The notes below the pieces were generated by a model. That model made no database searches. It was not told the DNA's origin and was given only the letters and a program-made list of their open reading frames with translations. Below are positions 9,543-19,786 of a stretch of 64,000 nt of DNA, piece by piece. The number at the start of each line of letters is the position of its first letter. The stretch's first letter is position 1. Source of the stretch: a virus. The stretch lies in the UHGV virus genome UHGV-0171999; one strand, written 5' to 3'. A program made the position numbers and the translations under genes.

Positions 9543-11720
9543 ATGATTATCACCACTGAAAAAGAAACAATTCTTGGTAATGGTTCTAAATCAAAAGCAT
9601 TTAGCATCACAGCGTCTCCTAAAGTATTTAAAATTCTGTCATCTGATTTGTATACAAACAAGATTCGCGCAGTAGTCCGTGAATTGATTACTAATATGAT
9701 TGATGCCCATGCTCTCAATGGAAATCCTGAAAAATTTATCATTCAAGTTCCAGGACGATTAGATCCGCGATTTGTTTGCCGAGATTTTGGTCCGGGTATG
9801 AGCGATTTTGATATTCAAGGTGATGATAATTCTCCTGGGTTGTATAATTCATACTTTAGTTCATCTAAAGCCGAATCTAACGATTTCATTGGTGGATTTG
9901 GTTTAGGTTCTAAATCTCCGTTTAGTTATACTGATACATTTAGTATTACTTCATATCATAAAGGTGAAATTCGCGGTTATGTAGCTTACATGGATGGTGA
10001 TGGTCCGCAGATTAAACCTACATTCGTAAAAGAAATGGGTCCAAACGATAAAACTGGTATTGAAATCGTAGTTCCAGTTGAAGAAAAAGACTTTAGAAAC
10101 TTTGCTTATGAAGTTTCTTATATCATGCGACCATTCAAAGATTTGGCTATCATTAATGGTCTTGACCGTGAAATTGATTATTTTCCGGATTTTGATGACT
10201 ATTACGGTGTAAATCCAGAAAGATACTGGCCAGATCGTGGTGGATTGTACGCTATCTATGGTGGTATTGTTTATCCTATTGACGGTGTTATTAGAGACCG
10301 TAACTGGTTAAGTATCCGCAATGAAGTGAATTACATTAAGTTTCCAATGGGTTCACTTGATATTGCTCCATCACGCGAAGCTCTTTCACTAGATGATCGT
10401 ACTCGTAAAAATATTATTGAGCGCGTTAAAGAGCTTAGTGAGAAGGCATTCAATGAAGATGTAAAACGATTTAAAGAATCTACATCTCCTCGTCACACAT
10501 ACCGTGAATTGATGAAGATGGGATATTCTGCTCGAGATTATATGATTAGTAATTCAGTCAAATTCACGACTAAAAATCTGTCATATAAAAAGATGCAAAG
10601 CATGTTTGAACCTGACAGTAAGTTATGCAATGCAGGGGTTGTGTATGAAGTAAATCTTGACCCTCGACTGAAACGCATTAAGCAAAGCCATGAAACTTCA
10701 GCCGTTGCATCAAGCTATCGTCTGTTTGGTATTAATACAACAAAAATTAATATCGTTATTGATAATATTAAAAATCGTGTTAATATTGTCCGTGGATTAG
10801 CACGTGCATTAGATGATAGTGAATTTAATAACACCTTAAATATTCATCATAATGAGCGTCTTCTGTTTATTAATCCAGAAGTAGAATCGCAGATTGATTT
10901 ACTTCCTGATATTATGGCAATGTTTGAAAGTGATGAAGTTAACATTCATTATTTGTCAGAAATTGAAGCTTTAGTTAAAAGCTATATTCCAAAGGTAGTA
11001 AAAAGTAAAGCTCCTCGTCCTAAAACTGCTACAGCATTTAAGTTTGAAATTAAAGACGGTCGCTGGGAAAAAGAGGAACTGTTTACGCTCACATCAGAAG
11101 CAGATGAAATTACTGGTTATGTAGCATACATGCATCGTTCTGATATTTTTTCTATGGATGGTACTACATCACTTTGTCATCCATCTATGAATATTTTGAT
11201 TCGTATGGCTAATCTTATTGGCATTAATGAATTTTATGTTATTCGTCCGCTTTTGCAGAAAAAGGTAAAAGAGCTTGGTCAGTGCCAATGTATTTTTGAA
11301 ACTTTGCGTGATTTATATGTAGATGCTTTTGATGATGTAGATTATGATAAGTACGTAGGTTATTCAAGTTCAGCTAAACGATATATTGATAAAATTATCA
11401 AATATCCTGAACTAGATTTTATGATGAAGTACTTCAGTGTAGATGAAGTTTCCGAAGAATACACACGACTTGCTAATATGGTTAGTTCATTACAGGGTGT
11501 ATATTTCAACGGTGGAAAAGGTACCATCGGTCATGACATCTGGACAGTAACTAATCTTTTTGATGTATTATCAAATAATGCTTCAAAAAACAGTGATAAA
11601 ATGGTTGCTGAGTTTACCAAGAAATTCCGTATTGTTTCCGACTTCATCGGTTATCGCAACTCTTTAAGTGATGATGAAGTTTCCCAAATCGCTAAAACTA
11701 TGAAGGCCCTTGCGGCCTAA
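9543..11720 (+). CDS. rIIA: rIIA membrane-associated protein, 725 aa
   Basis: Length matches T4 rIIA; N-terminal GHKL-like motif ELITNMIDA; followed directly by rIIB. Confidence 0.93.
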   Translation: MIITTEKETILGNGSKSKAFSITASPKVFKILSSDLYTNKIRAVVRELITNMIDAHALNGNPEKFIIQVPGRLDPRFVCRDFGPGMSDFDIQGDDNSPGLYNSYFSSSKAESNDFIGGFGLGSKSPFSYTDTFSITSYHKGEIRGYVAYMDGDGPQIKPTFVKEMGPNDKTGIEIVVPVEEKDFRNFAYEVSYIMRPFKDLAIINGLDREIDYFPDFDDYYGVNPERYWPDRGGLYAIYGGIVYPIDGVIRDRNWLSIRNEVNYIKFPMGSLDIAPSREALSLDDRTRKNIIERVKELSEKAFNEDVKRFKESTSPRHTYRELMKMGYSARDYMISNSVKFTTKNLSYKKMQSMFEPDSKLCNAGVVYEVNLDPRLKRIKQSHETSAVASSYRLFGINTTKINIVIDNIKNRVNIVRGLARALDDSEFNNTLNIHHNERLLFINPEVESQIDLLPDIMAMFESDEVNIHYLSEIEALVKSYIPKVVKSKAPRPKTATAFKFEIKDGRWEKEELFTLTSEADEITGYVAYMHRSDIFSMDGTTSLCHPSMNILIRMANLIGINEFYVIRPLLQKKVKELGQCQCIFETLRDLYVDAFDDVDYDKYVGYSSSAKRYIDKIIKYPELDFMMKYFSVDEVSEEYTRLANMVSSLQGVYFNGGKGTIGHDIWTVTNLFDVLSNNASKNSDKMVAEFTKKFRIVSDFIGYRNSLSDDEVSQIAKTMKALAA

Positions 11721-11731
11721 TAAGGAAAATT

Positions 11732-12670
11732 ATGTACAATATTAAATGCCTGACCAAAAACGAACAAGCTGAAATTGTCAAACTGTATTCAAGTGGTAAT
11801 TATACCCAACAGGAATTGGCTTATTGGAAAGATGTATCGGTTGACACAATCCGTCGTGTTTTGAAAAATGCTGAAGAAGCTAAACGCTCTAAAGTTACTA
11901 TTAGCGGTGATATTACAGTTAAAGTTAATAGCGATGCAGTTATTTCTCCAGTTGCTAAATCTGACATTATTTGGAATGCATCTAAAAAATTCATTTCGAT
12001 TACTGTTGATGGTGTAACTTATAACGCAACTCCTAATACTCATTCAAACTTCCAGGAAATTCTTAATCTGCTTGTTGCAGATAAATTGGAAGAAGCTGCA
12101 CAAAAAATTAATGTTCGTCGCGCTGTTGAAAAATATATTTCCGGTGATGTTCGAATTGAAGGTGGAAGTTTGTTCTATCAAAATATTGAATTGCGGTCTG
12201 GTTTAGTTGATCGTATTCTCGATTCGATGGAAAAAGGCGAAAACTTTGAATTTTATTTTCCGTTCTTGGAAAATCTGTTGGAAAACCCGAGCCAAAAGGC
12301 GGTATCTCGACTCTTTGATTTCTTGGTAGCAAACGATATTGAAATTACGGAAGATGGTTACTTCTATGCTTGGAAAGTAGTTCGTAGCAATTACTTTGAC
12401 TGTCACTCAAATACCTTTGATAACAGTCCTGGTAAAGTAGTTAAAATGCCACGTACTCGTGTGAATGACGATGATACACAAACTTGTTCTCGTGGTCTGC
12501 ATGTGTGTTCTAAATCTTATATTCGTCACTTTGGTAGTTCAACCAGTCGAGTTGTAAAAGTTAAAGTGCATCCACGCGATGTAGTATCAATTCCGATTGA
12601 TTACAACGATGCTAAAATGCGTACCTGCCAATACGAAGTAGTTGAAGACGTTACTGAACAATTTAAATAA
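11732..12670 (+). CDS. rIIB: rIIB protein, 312 aa
   Basis: Length and N-terminus MYNIKCLTKNEQAEI match T4 rIIB; 11 nt after rIIA. Confidence 0.93.
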   Translation: MYNIKCLTKNEQAEIVKLYSSGNYTQQELAYWKDVSVDTIRRVLKNAEEAKRSKVTISGDITVKVNSDAVISPVAKSDIIWNASKKFISITVDGVTYNATPNTHSNFQEILNLLVADKLEEAAQKINVRRAVEKYISGDVRIEGGSLFYQNIELRSGLVDRILDSMEKGENFEFYFPFLENLLENPSQKAVSRLFDFLVANDIEITEDGYFYAWKVVRSNYFDCHSNTFDNSPGKVVKMPRTRVNDDDTQTCSRGLHVCSKSYIRHFGSSTSRVVKVKVHPRDVVSIPIDYNDAKMRTCQYEVVEDVTEQFK

Positions 12671-12698
12671 GGGCTTCGGCCCTTAACTAAGGAAAATT

Positions 12699-12893
12699 AT
12701 GTTAGGTTATCAAGCACGAGTAAAAGAAGAATACGATCAATTAATGCTCAAAATTAATGCACTGAGCAAATTTTTAGAAAGCACAAAGTTTCTAACGATT
12801 AATGAAGTTGAGCAAGAACTGCTGCTTTCACAGTTCATCTCAATGAAATCTTACGCAGATTGTTTAGAGAAAAGAATTGCACAATTCAAATAA
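12699..12893 (+). CDS. hypothetical protein, 64 aa
   Basis: ORF with SD AAGGAAA, flanked by two GC hairpins. Confidence 0.45.
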   Translation: MLGYQARVKEEYDQLMLKINALSKFLESTKFLTINEVEQELLLSQFISMKSYADCLEKRIAQFK

Positions 12894-12897
12894 AGTA

Positions 12898-12917
12898 AAG
12901 GGCTTCGGCCCTTTTGT
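12898..12917 (+). terminator. rho-independent terminator (GGGCTTCGGCCC hairpin plus T-tract)
   Basis: AAGGGCTTCGGCCCTTTTGTTTT directly after the stop codon. Confidence 0.6.
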
Positions 12918-12979
12918 TTTAAGGGAAACTATGATTTATTATATTAACATCAGTGATTCCGACGTAAAAGGAAAGTTTA

Positions 12980-13537
12980 ATGCAGAAAACGAATCCGGGT
13001 TTACAGAGACTATTTCAGATTCCGACATTTACCCTATCGAACAATGACTTGACTAGTGAAATGAAGGTCAAAATTGCTGATACAGCAAGATACTCTTTAA
13101 AACAAAACCCGAACCAGGATAAAGCAGAAGTTATTGAAAGATGTCGTATCGCGGTGTACGCAGAGTTTTTTGTAGCAGATTGGCTAAGCGGGTATGTTAA
13201 CAAAGGCCAAGAGGATGTTAATGACCCGTATACATACGCATGGGATGTATTGGCGCATCCAAGATATTGCGGGCTTCGTGTAGAAGTTAAGACACACCAA
13301 ACTGACTCACGTTGGATTTCGGTAACAACCGGATGCAGCGGAGAGTATCCATACGGTTCTGGAATAAATCTGGGGCCCATTCTGAATCACCAAGTCGCTG
13401 ACTGTATAATTATATTCAACACTAAAGAAATTCATCCAGGTGTCATCCAGTACACTCCGAAGTTCATCGGTGATAGAGAAGACCTTCGTAAGGTTGTAAG
13501 AAAAAGCAACTATAACGGATGGTATCTTTCTATTTAA
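12980..13537 (+). CDS. denB: endonuclease IV (DenB), 185 aa
   Basis: Length and position after rIIB match T4 DenB. Confidence 0.85.
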   Translation: MQKTNPGLQRLFQIPTFTLSNNDLTSEMKVKIADTARYSLKQNPNQDKAEVIERCRIAVYAEFFVADWLSGYVNKGQEDVNDPYTYAWDVLAHPRYCGLRVEVKTHQTDSRWISVTTGCSGEYPYGSGINLGPILNHQVADCIIIFNTKEIHPGVIQYTPKFIGDREDLRKVVRKSNYNGWYLSI

Positions 13538-13555
13538 AAAATTTTTCACAAAACT

Positions 13556-13586
13556 GTTTACATACCACAAGGACTGTGGTACTATA
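13556..13586 (+). promoter_or_regulatory. T4-type early promoter with A/T-rich UP element
   Basis: AAAAAATTTTTCACAAAACTGTTTAC then TGTGGTACTATAC; shares a 27-nt block with the motA promoter at 17422. Confidence 0.6.
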
Positions 13587-13619
13587 CAACTATCAACTGA
13601 TGCGGATTTGGAGAATAAA

Positions 13620-13826
13620 ATGTTTACTACAGCTGAATTAAAACGAGCAAAAGCTAAGAAAGGACAAGGAAAATATAAAGCTGAATTAGTTAAAGAACTT
13701 CAGTTTGCTGAGGCTGAATTGAATTCAATGATTATTCAAAATGCTCCAGAAACTGAAATTGCTCTTAAACGTATTGCGAATAAGTGTCTTCGTGATGCAA
13801 TCGTTGATCTTTTAGCGGATTATTGA
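13620..13826 (+). CDS. hypothetical early protein, 68 aa
   Basis: ATG after GGAGAATAAA. Confidence 0.5.
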   Translation: MFTTAELKRAKAKKGQGKYKAELVKELQFAEAELNSMIIQNAPETEIALKRIANKCLRDAIVDLLADY

Positions 13827-14095
13827 GTAAAATGAAATTTAAATTTTATTACGCTAAACATAAAATAACTGATGAGTTTGTGTCAGTTGAATATTCTAGC
13901 GATGATGAAGGTATGATTTATACTCGCTTAGGATTATCGCATTGGGAGTCTGATACGCCTTATTTTTCAACTCCTGAAGAAATTACACGCTTAGTTAATG
14001 GTCATATGAATGACCACTGGTGTGTAATTCTTTCAGATAGTCTTAAAGCGGCTATTAATAGTAATGAAATGAAAATCGCTGAGATTGAACTATGA
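13823..14095 (+). CDS. hypothetical early protein, 90 aa
   Basis: ATGA overlap with the previous ORF. Confidence 0.5.
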   Translation: MSKMKFKFYYAKHKITDEFVSVEYSSDDEGMIYTRLGLSHWESDTPYFSTPEEITRLVNGHMNDHWCVILSDSLKAAINSNEMKIAEIEL

Positions 14096-14178
14096 GTTCA
14101 TTGTGGTGGTGTTTTATTTGGTTAATTAGTATTCCATTAATTTGTTTAACATTTACTTTTGTGATGAGGTTATTATGA
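14092..14178 (+). CDS. tiny hydrophobic peptide, 28 aa
   Basis: MSSLWWCFIWLISIPLICLTFTFVMRLL; ATGA overlap with upstream ORF; single predicted TM helix. Confidence 0.35.
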   Translation: MSSLWWCFIWLISIPLICLTFTFVMRLL

Positions 14179-14273
14179 AAATTTTGAATTCTGTACTTAT
14201 TGCTTGTGCATGGTGGGTTGCGCAAGTTTCAGCAGTAGTAGTTGGTATTCACATTTATTACGAATATTTTTAA
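14175..14273 (+). CDS. tiny hydrophobic peptide, 32 aa
   Basis: MKILNSVLIACAWWVAQVSAVVVGIHIYYEYF; overlapping start. Confidence 0.35.
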   Translation: MKILNSVLIACAWWVAQVSAVVVGIHIYYEYF

Positions 14274-14280
14274 AAAAGTT

Positions 14281-14310
14281 GTTTACAAGACTGTTCCTCT
14301 GTGGTATTAT
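14281..14310 (+). promoter_or_regulatory. T4-type early promoter
   Basis: GTTTAC 14281-14286, 18-bp spacer, TGGTATTAT. Confidence 0.55.
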
Positions 14311-14338
14311 TACACTATCAACTACGGAGGAACAGAAA

Positions 14339-14452
14339 ATGAAAAAGATTGTTAAAGCTATATGGAATGTAGTTATAATATTAGTAGTTTTGAGTATATT
14401 CCCAATCGTTTTAATGATTGATGTATTAAACGCTTACTTTGGATTTATGTGA
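14339..14452 (+). CDS. small membrane peptide, 37 aa
   Basis: ATG after GGAGGAACAGAAA; hydrophobic core IWNVVIILVVLSIFPIVLMI. Confidence 0.45.
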   Translation: MKKIVKAIWNVVIILVVLSIFPIVLMIDVLNAYFGFM

Positions 14453-14459
14453 GGAAAAT

Positions 14460-14657
14460 ATGAAGCGTAAACGCAGTGCTTTTACATTTATGGAATGGTT
14501 TTTCGATAATATTTTTCCAGCTTTATTCATTTTCATGCTGATTTTTGCCTTGGGTTCAGTTGTGGTTGGAATCTATTTGATGGCAGTTGTCGGAATGGAT
14601 ATTCACCAAAATGGTTTGAAATCTGTGGTTGAAACAATTTGGAATGGCGTAAAATGA
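14460..14657 (+). CDS. small membrane protein, 65 aa
   Basis: ATG after GAGGAAAAT; hydrophobic FPALFIFMLIFALGSVVVGIYLMAVVG. Confidence 0.5.
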   Translation: MKRKRSAFTFMEWFFDNIFPALFIFMLIFALGSVVVGIYLMAVVGMDIHQNGLKSVVETIWNGVK

Positions 14658-14764
14658 TGAATTTGCTGAGCGGTTGGTTTTATATTCTTGTATTTTACAT
14701 TGGCGCAAATATCCCATATTGGATGGGATGGTCAACAACTGCATTTGGATTTTATACCCCCTGA
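14654..14764 (+). CDS. tiny hydrophobic peptide, 36 aa
   Basis: ATGATGA overlap with previous ORF; aromatic-rich hydrophobic sequence. Confidence 0.35.
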   Translation: MMNLLSGWFYILVFYIGANIPYWMGWSTTAFGFYTP

Positions 14765-14772
14765 GGTGAATT

Positions 14773-14988
14773 ATGAAAATTTTTAAAGATGTAAAAGTTG
14801 GCGAAATTTTTTGCTTAGATAATGGTGATCAGTTAATTCGTATTTCACCTCTTAAGAGCACTAGCGAGAAAATGACAGTTAACGCTACTTTAGCAAATAA
14901 CAGTAATGAACGTTTCTGTATTGAAAATGATACTGAAACTTATACCGTAGAAGAGTTCTGGGAATTGAGCGTCGACTGCGACGATTAA
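14773..14988 (+). CDS. hypothetical early protein, 71 aa
   Basis: ATG after GAGGTGAATT. Confidence 0.5.
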   Translation: MKIFKDVKVGEIFCLDNGDQLIRISPLKSTSEKMTVNATLANNSNERFCIENDTETYTVEEFWELSVDCDD

Positions 14989-15048
14989 TTTATCGGCCGT
15001 ATGTATTCATGCGGCCTTGGAGTAGAAAATAATTTAGAGGAAATTAAA

Positions 15049-15504
15049 ATGAAATATATGACTGTTACTGATCTGAATAATGCAGGGGCAACTGTTATTG
15101 GTACAATCAAGGGCGGTGAATGGGTTTTTGGAAATCCGCATAAAGACATTTTGTCTAACCCTGGATTTTACTTTTTAGTGAGTAAATTTGGTGGTCCATT
15201 TGATAGTCCGTGTGTATCTGCGCGATTTTATGTAGGTAATCAGCGCTCTAAGCAAGGGTTCAGTGCAGTTCTAAGTCATATTCGTCAGCGTCGGTCTCAG
15301 CTTGCGCGTACTATTGCAAATAACAATGTTCCATACACGGTATTTTATTTGCCTGCTTCTAAGATGAAACCTCTGACGACTGGATTCGGAAAAGGTCAGT
15401 TAGCTCTGGCGTTTACTCGTAATCATCATTCTGAGTATCAAACACTTGAAGAAATGAACCGTATGTTGGCTGATAATTTTAAATTTGTTTTGCAGGCATA
15501 TTAA
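15049..15504 (+). CDS. ndd: nucleoid disruption protein Ndd, 151 aa
   Basis: ATG at 15049 after GAGGAAATTAAA gives a 151-aa product matching T4 Ndd length. Confidence 0.85.
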
Positions 15505-15584
15505 TGAGCAATTTCCATAACGAACATGTGATGCAGTTCTATCGTAACAATCTTAAAACTAAAGGCGTCTTCGGACGCCAGTGA
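15504..15584 (+). CDS. stp: Stp peptide, 26 aa
   Basis: [26 protein letters not shown], 26 codons, TAATG overlap with ndd stop; matches the T4 Stp peptide as I recall it. Confidence 0.8.
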
Positions 15585-15591
15585 GGAAAAT

Positions 15592-15750
15592 ATGAATATC
15601 GCAAAATTATTAGGAGTTATTTCATTTATTTGTTGGATAGTAGCATGTGTTTTAACTATCTGTATCGATGCTAGCAGTGTGTTTTCACAAGCTTTAGCCC
15701 AGGGTATGTGTGCATATTTAACATTTGTGTTGTTATCTACTAATGATTAA
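15592..15750 (+). CDS. ac: Ac (acriflavine sensitivity) small membrane protein, 52 aa
   Basis: Hydrophobic 52-aa ORF in the position of T4 ac between stp and gene 52. Confidence 0.65.
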   Translation: MNIAKLLGVISFICWIVACVLTICIDASSVFSQALAQGMCAYLTFVLLSTND

Positions 15751-15883
15751 GAAAATCTTGGGCTATTCATTAGCCCTTGCTACTTTATTAGTAGCACTAT
15801 ATTATGGAGTAATGTTCGGATTAATTCAAGTCGTGCTTTTCATTTCTGATGTTATTATGGCACTACATTCACTAGTATGGTAA
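15743..15883 (+). CDS. small membrane peptide, 46 aa
   Basis: Hydrophobic ORF overlapping the ac stop, ending 4 nt before gene 52. Confidence 0.4.
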   Translation: MIKKILGYSLALATLLVALYYGVMFGLIQVVLFISDVIMALHSLVW

Positions 15884-15887
15884 ATTT

Positions 15888-17216
15888 ATGCAACTGAATA
15901 ATCGCGATTTAAAAAGTATCATTGATAATGAAGCATTGGCTTATGCTATGTACACGGTTGAAAATCGTGCTATTCCAAATATGATTGATGGATTTAAGCC
16001 AGTTCAACGATTTGTTATTGCTCGAGCTCTTGATTTGGCACGAGGAAATAAAGATAAGTTTCACAAACTCGCTTCTATTGCAGGTGGTGTAGCGGACCTT
16101 GGATATCATCATGGTGAAAACTCTGCGCAAGACGCAGGCGCTTTGATGGCTAATACTTGGAATAATAACTTTCCTTTGTTAGATGGTCAAGGAAACTTTG
16201 GTTCTCGTACCGTTCAAAAAGCAGCGGCAAGTCGTTATATTTTTGCTCGTGTAAGTAAAAATTTCTATAGCGTATATAAAGATACTGAATATGCTCCGGT
16301 ACATCAAGATAAAGAACACATTCCGCCTGCTTTCTATTTGCCTATTATTCCTACCGTTCTTCTTAATGGTGTTTCCGGTATTGCAACTGGTTATGCAACT
16401 TACATTCTTCCTCATAGTGTTTCTTCTGTCAAGAAAGCTGTATTGCAAGCTCTTCAAGGAAAGAAAGTAACTAAACCGAAGGTAGAATTCCCAGAATTTC
16501 GTGGTGAAGTCGTTGAAATTGATGGACAGTATGAAATTCGTGGAACATATAAGTTTACTTCACGAACTCAAATGCATATCACTGAGATTCCGTATAAGTA
16601 TGATCGTGAAACTTATGTGAGTAAAATCTTAGACCCACTTGAAGATAAAGGCTTCATTACATGGGATGATGCTTGCGGTGAGCACGGTTTTGGATTCAAA
16701 GTTAAATTCCGCAAAGAATATTCTTTGAGCGATAATGAAGAAGAACGTCATGCAAAAATTATGAAAGACTTCGGATTGATTGAGCGTCGTTCTCAGAATA
16801 TTACGGTTATTAATGAGAAAGGAAAGCTACAAGTTTACGATAACGTAGTTGATTTAATTAAAGACTTCGTTGAAGTTCGTAAAACTTATGTCCAAAAACG
16901 AATTGATAACAAAATCAAAGAAACTGAGTCAGCTTTTCGTTTAGCCTTTGCCAAGGCGCATTTCATTAAGAAAGTAATTTCAGGTGAAATTGTTGTACAA
17001 GGTAAAACTCGTAAAGAACTGACTGAAGAACTTTCTAAAATCGATATGTATTCTTCTTATGTTGATAAACTAGTTGGAATGAATATTTTTCATATGACTT
17101 CCGATGAAGCAAAGAAACTTGCTGAAGAAGCTAAAGCTAAAAAAGAAGAAAACGAATATTGGAAAACTACTGATATAGTTACTGAATACACCAAAGATTT
17201 AGAGGAAATCAAATGA
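15888..17216 (+). CDS. 52: DNA topoisomerase II medium subunit (GyrA-like), 442 aa
   Basis: Length matches T4 gp52; GyrA-like N-terminal motifs (PNMIDGFKPVQR). Confidence 0.93.
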   Translation: MQLNNRDLKSIIDNEALAYAMYTVENRAIPNMIDGFKPVQRFVIARALDLARGNKDKFHKLASIAGGVADLGYHHGENSAQDAGALMANTWNNNFPLLDGQGNFGSRTVQKAAASRYIFARVSKNFYSVYKDTEYAPVHQDKEHIPPAFYLPIIPTVLLNGVSGIATGYATYILPHSVSSVKKAVLQALQGKKVTKPKVEFPEFRGEVVEIDGQYEIRGTYKFTSRTQMHITEIPYKYDRETYVSKILDPLEDKGFITWDDACGEHGFGFKVKFRKEYSLSDNEEERHAKIMKDFGLIERRSQNITVINEKGKLQVYDNVVDLIKDFVEVRKTYVQKRIDNKIKETESAFRLAFAKAHFIKKVISGEIVVQGKTRKELTEELSKIDMYSSYVDKLVGMNIFHMTSDEAKKLAEEAKAKKEENEYWKTTDIVTEYTKDLEEIK

Positions 17217-17362
17217 GTCCATTCATTGGTATTACAAGCGCTGCATTAGTATCTGGTGGCATTTTACTGGCGGGTTTAGGTGTTGTTCCAGCCGTAGCAG
17301 GAGGTCTTCTTGCGTTCGGCATTCAACGTGTTATCATGACAGTTATCACAGTCATGCAGTAA
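17213..17362 (+). CDS. small hydrophobic protein, 49 aa
   Basis: ATGA overlap with gene 52; Gly/Ala-rich hydrophobic sequence; followed by a terminator. Confidence 0.4.
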   Translation: MSPFIGITSAALVSGGILLAGLGVVPAVAGGLLAFGIQRVIMTVITVMQ

Positions 17363-17366
17363 TTTT

Positions 17367-17396
17367 GGGGAGAGCCTCGGCTCTCCCCTTTTTTAT
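17367..17396 (+). terminator. rho-independent terminator
   Basis: GGGGAGAGCCTCGGCTCTCCCC hairpin followed by TTTTTTATTTT. Confidence 0.75.
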
Positions 17397-17421
17397 TTTA
17401 AAATTTTTTTTTCACAAAACG

Positions 17422-17451
17422 GTTTACAACCAAAGCATACTGTGGTACTAT
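17422..17451 (+). promoter_or_regulatory. T4-type early promoter upstream of motA
   Basis: GTTTAC 17422-17427, 18-bp spacer, TGTGGTACTAT; upstream A/T tract. Confidence 0.6.
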
Positions 17452-17492
17452 ACAACTATCAACTGCTGATACAGAATTACGGAGATTAGAAA

Positions 17493-18128
17493 ATGTCTAA
17501 AGTAACTTACATCATCAAAGCTTCTAACGATGTTCTGAATGAAAAAACTGCTGCGATTTTAATTACCATTGCTAAGAAAGATTTCATTACAGCTGCAGAA
17601 GTTCGTGAGGTGCATTCAGATTTAGGTAACGCAGTAGTTAATAGTAATATTGGGGTATTGATTAAAAAAGGCCTGGTGGAGAAATCTGGTGATGGATTAA
17701 TCATTACTGGTGAAGCTCAGGATATTATTTCAAACGCAGCAACTTTATACGCGCAGGAAAATGCTCCTGAACTGCTGAAAAAACGAGCAACTCGTAAAGC
17801 TCGCGAAATTACTTCTGATATGGAAGAAGATAAAGACTTCATGTTAAAACTTTTAGATGAAAATGGATTTGTTCTTAAAAAAGTTGAAACTTATCGTAGT
17901 AACTATCTCGCTATTTTAGAAAAACGCACTCACGGAATTCGCAATTTTGAAATTAACAACAACGGAAATATGCGAATTTTTGGATACAAAATGATGGAAC
18001 ATCATATTCAGAAATTTACTGACATTGGTATGTCATGCAAAATCGCTAAAAATGGTAATGTGTATCTTGACATTAAACGCTCGGCAGAAAACATTGAAGC
18101 TGTAATCACCGTAGCATCTGAACTGTGA
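17493..18128 (+). CDS. motA: MotA middle-transcription activator, 211 aa
   Basis: Length matches T4 MotA; located between gene 52 and asiA. Confidence 0.9.
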   Translation: MSKVTYIIKASNDVLNEKTAAILITIAKKDFITAAEVREVHSDLGNAVVNSNIGVLIKKGLVEKSGDGLIITGEAQDIISNAATLYAQENAPELLKKRATRKAREITSDMEEDKDFMLKLLDENGFVLKKVETYRSNYLAILEKRTHGIRNFEINNNGNMRIFGYKMMEHHIQKFTDIGMSCKIAKNGNVYLDIKRSAENIEAVITVASEL

Positions 18129-18138
18129 GGAATAAATA

Positions 18139-18468
18139 ATGAACAAGTTAGAAATTATCAATGAACTTCGTCGTTGTGCAGAACCCACTCAAGAGGGGTG
18201 GGACATCTGGTACCATGGAGCTTATCTTGGAACTATCGTAAAGATTAAGACTGGTAAATACATGATTATTCGTGAAAGTAAAGATGCTCCAGTAGGTATT
18301 CGCAATAATTTCATGGCAGCGATAAGCTCCTTTACAGATGCAGCTTACGAAATTTACCTTGCTGATTATAAAGAATTCCAGGAATCTCAACCGGTTATTC
18401 GCTCAATTGGTGTTAACAAAGCTCAACAGAAAACTTTGTGGCAACGTATTAAAGGATGGTTTAAATGA
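18139..18468 (+). CDS. hypothetical early protein, 109 aa
   Basis: ATG after GAGGAATAAATA. Confidence 0.5.
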   Translation: MNKLEIINELRRCAEPTQEGWDIWYHGAYLGTIVKIKTGKYMIIRESKDAPVGIRNNFMAAISSFTDAAYEIYLADYKEFQESQPVIRSIGVNKAQQKTLWQRIKGWFK

Positions 18469-18926
18469 ATCCATTTATTAATCGTTTAAAAATGCTGAAT
18501 GTTCCTTTATCTCGTGAAACTCCAGAAAGTCTTGCTGAAAAATTTAAAGCACATGGTTATAAATGCACAGAAGAAGATATTCTGAAAGAAGTTCCTGAAA
18601 TCTGTTGGCAGACTGCGTATTGGGACGAAAACCAAAAGTATCAACGACGAATTGTTTGCGCAGCCAACCGTTTTAAATTAAAGGATGGACGAACTCTTGT
18701 TATTCCAGGTGCTCGTCATTATTCTAAAGATATGGCCGAAGTTTTAGATGTAGTTAAACCTCAATTAGTTACTCAACAAGTTTGTGATGATGACCAAGGG
18801 TTTATTGACCAATATAGTAATTATTGGACACGTGAAGAAGCAATGATTATTGCAACTTACGCTGGACAAGTACGTATTGAACGCGGCGGTAGTGAAAAAG
18901 AACTTTACTCTGAGGACCTTTACTAA
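18465..18926 (+). CDS. hypothetical early protein, 153 aa
   Basis: ATGA overlap with previous ORF; no motif recognised. Confidence 0.5.
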   Translation: MNPFINRLKMLNVPLSRETPESLAEKFKAHGYKCTEEDILKEVPEICWQTAYWDENQKYQRRIVCAANRFKLKDGRTLVIPGARHYSKDMAEVLDVVKPQLVTQQVCDDDQGFIDQYSNYWTREEAMIIATYAGQVRIERGGSEKELYSEDLY

Positions 18927-19222
18927 TGAATATTAAAAAGTTTCAAATTGATGGAATTATGAATCAAATCCAGGCACTGGAATATGCCAATAAAATGATG
19001 TCAACTAATTGGGGAATTTATGCCAATGAACCGGGATTTAAGTTCTGCAATATGGAATTCACTAAAAAGCTCGTAGGAAAAGATTATGTATGTCCATTTA
19101 GTTCCCCAATAAATGGAATGCTAAAGCCTGCTTTACGCGATCTTTATATTGCGATGAACGAAGAGATGATAAAAGAGCTAAAACGTCAACTGAAGGTGAT
19201 TCAATTTGGCCAGGGAAATTAA
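18926..19222 (+). CDS. hypothetical early protein, 98 aa
   Basis: TAATG overlap with previous ORF. Confidence 0.5.
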   Translation: MNIKKFQIDGIMNQIQALEYANKMMSTNWGIYANEPGFKFCNMEFTKKLVGKDYVCPFSSPINGMLKPALRDLYIAMNEEMIKELKRQLKVIQFGQGN

Positions 19223-19424
19223 TTCAAAATCCGATTATTTCAATTCTCTCAATGATAAAGATAAAAATCTAATACGGCATTTTATTGTTGAGATGGGATA
19301 TACTGACACACGTGATTTAAGAGAACATATATTTGAATGTGGCGTAGCTAAAAAGTTTTCATTCACATGCAAATGTTTAAGAGAGGTAATTCAGCACTAT
19401 GAACAATTTAGTCGCAAAACATAA
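19206..19424 (+). CDS. hypothetical early protein, 72 aa
   Basis: ORF overlapping previous stop; Cys-containing; start uncertain. Confidence 0.35.
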   Translation: MAREINSKSDYFNSLNDKDKNLIRHFIVEMGYTDTRDLREHIFECGVAKKFSFTCKCLREVIQHYEQFSRKT

Positions 19425-19507
19425 TTTTAATAAAGCTTCTGTTCATAAAGATAAGAAGAAAGCGTTCAAAGAATCTAATCGCAAACAGAAACATAAGGGG
19501 AAGGTCT

Positions 19508-19786
19508 ATGATTATTGATTCTCAATCTGTGGTTCAATATACAATCAAAATTGATATTCTAGAAAAGCTATATAAGTTTCTACCAAATTTATACCACTCA
19601 ATTGTCGATGAATTAGTTGAAGAACTACATCTTGAAAATAATGATTTCTTAATTGGAACTTATAAAGACCTCTCAAAAGCAGGATATTTTTACGTAATTC
19701 CAGCTCCAGGAAAAAGTATTGATGATGTATTAAAAACTATAATGATTTATGTCCATGATTACGAAATTGAAGATTATTTCGAATGA
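19508..19786 (+). CDS. arn: anti-restriction nuclease Arn, 92 aa
   Basis: Length 92 aa, acidic composition, position next to asiA as in T4. Confidence 0.75.
   Translation: MIIDSQSVVQYTIKIDILEKLYKFLPNLYHSIVDELVEELHLENNDFLIGTYKDLSKAGYFYVIPAPGKSIDDVLKTIMIYVHDYEIEDYFE

Noticed and set aside
14204-14452. 82-aa ORF starting at 14204
   Set aside because: Its 5' part runs through the early promoter at 14281-14310; the internal ATG at 14339 with a GGAGG SD is the more plausible start and is annotated instead.
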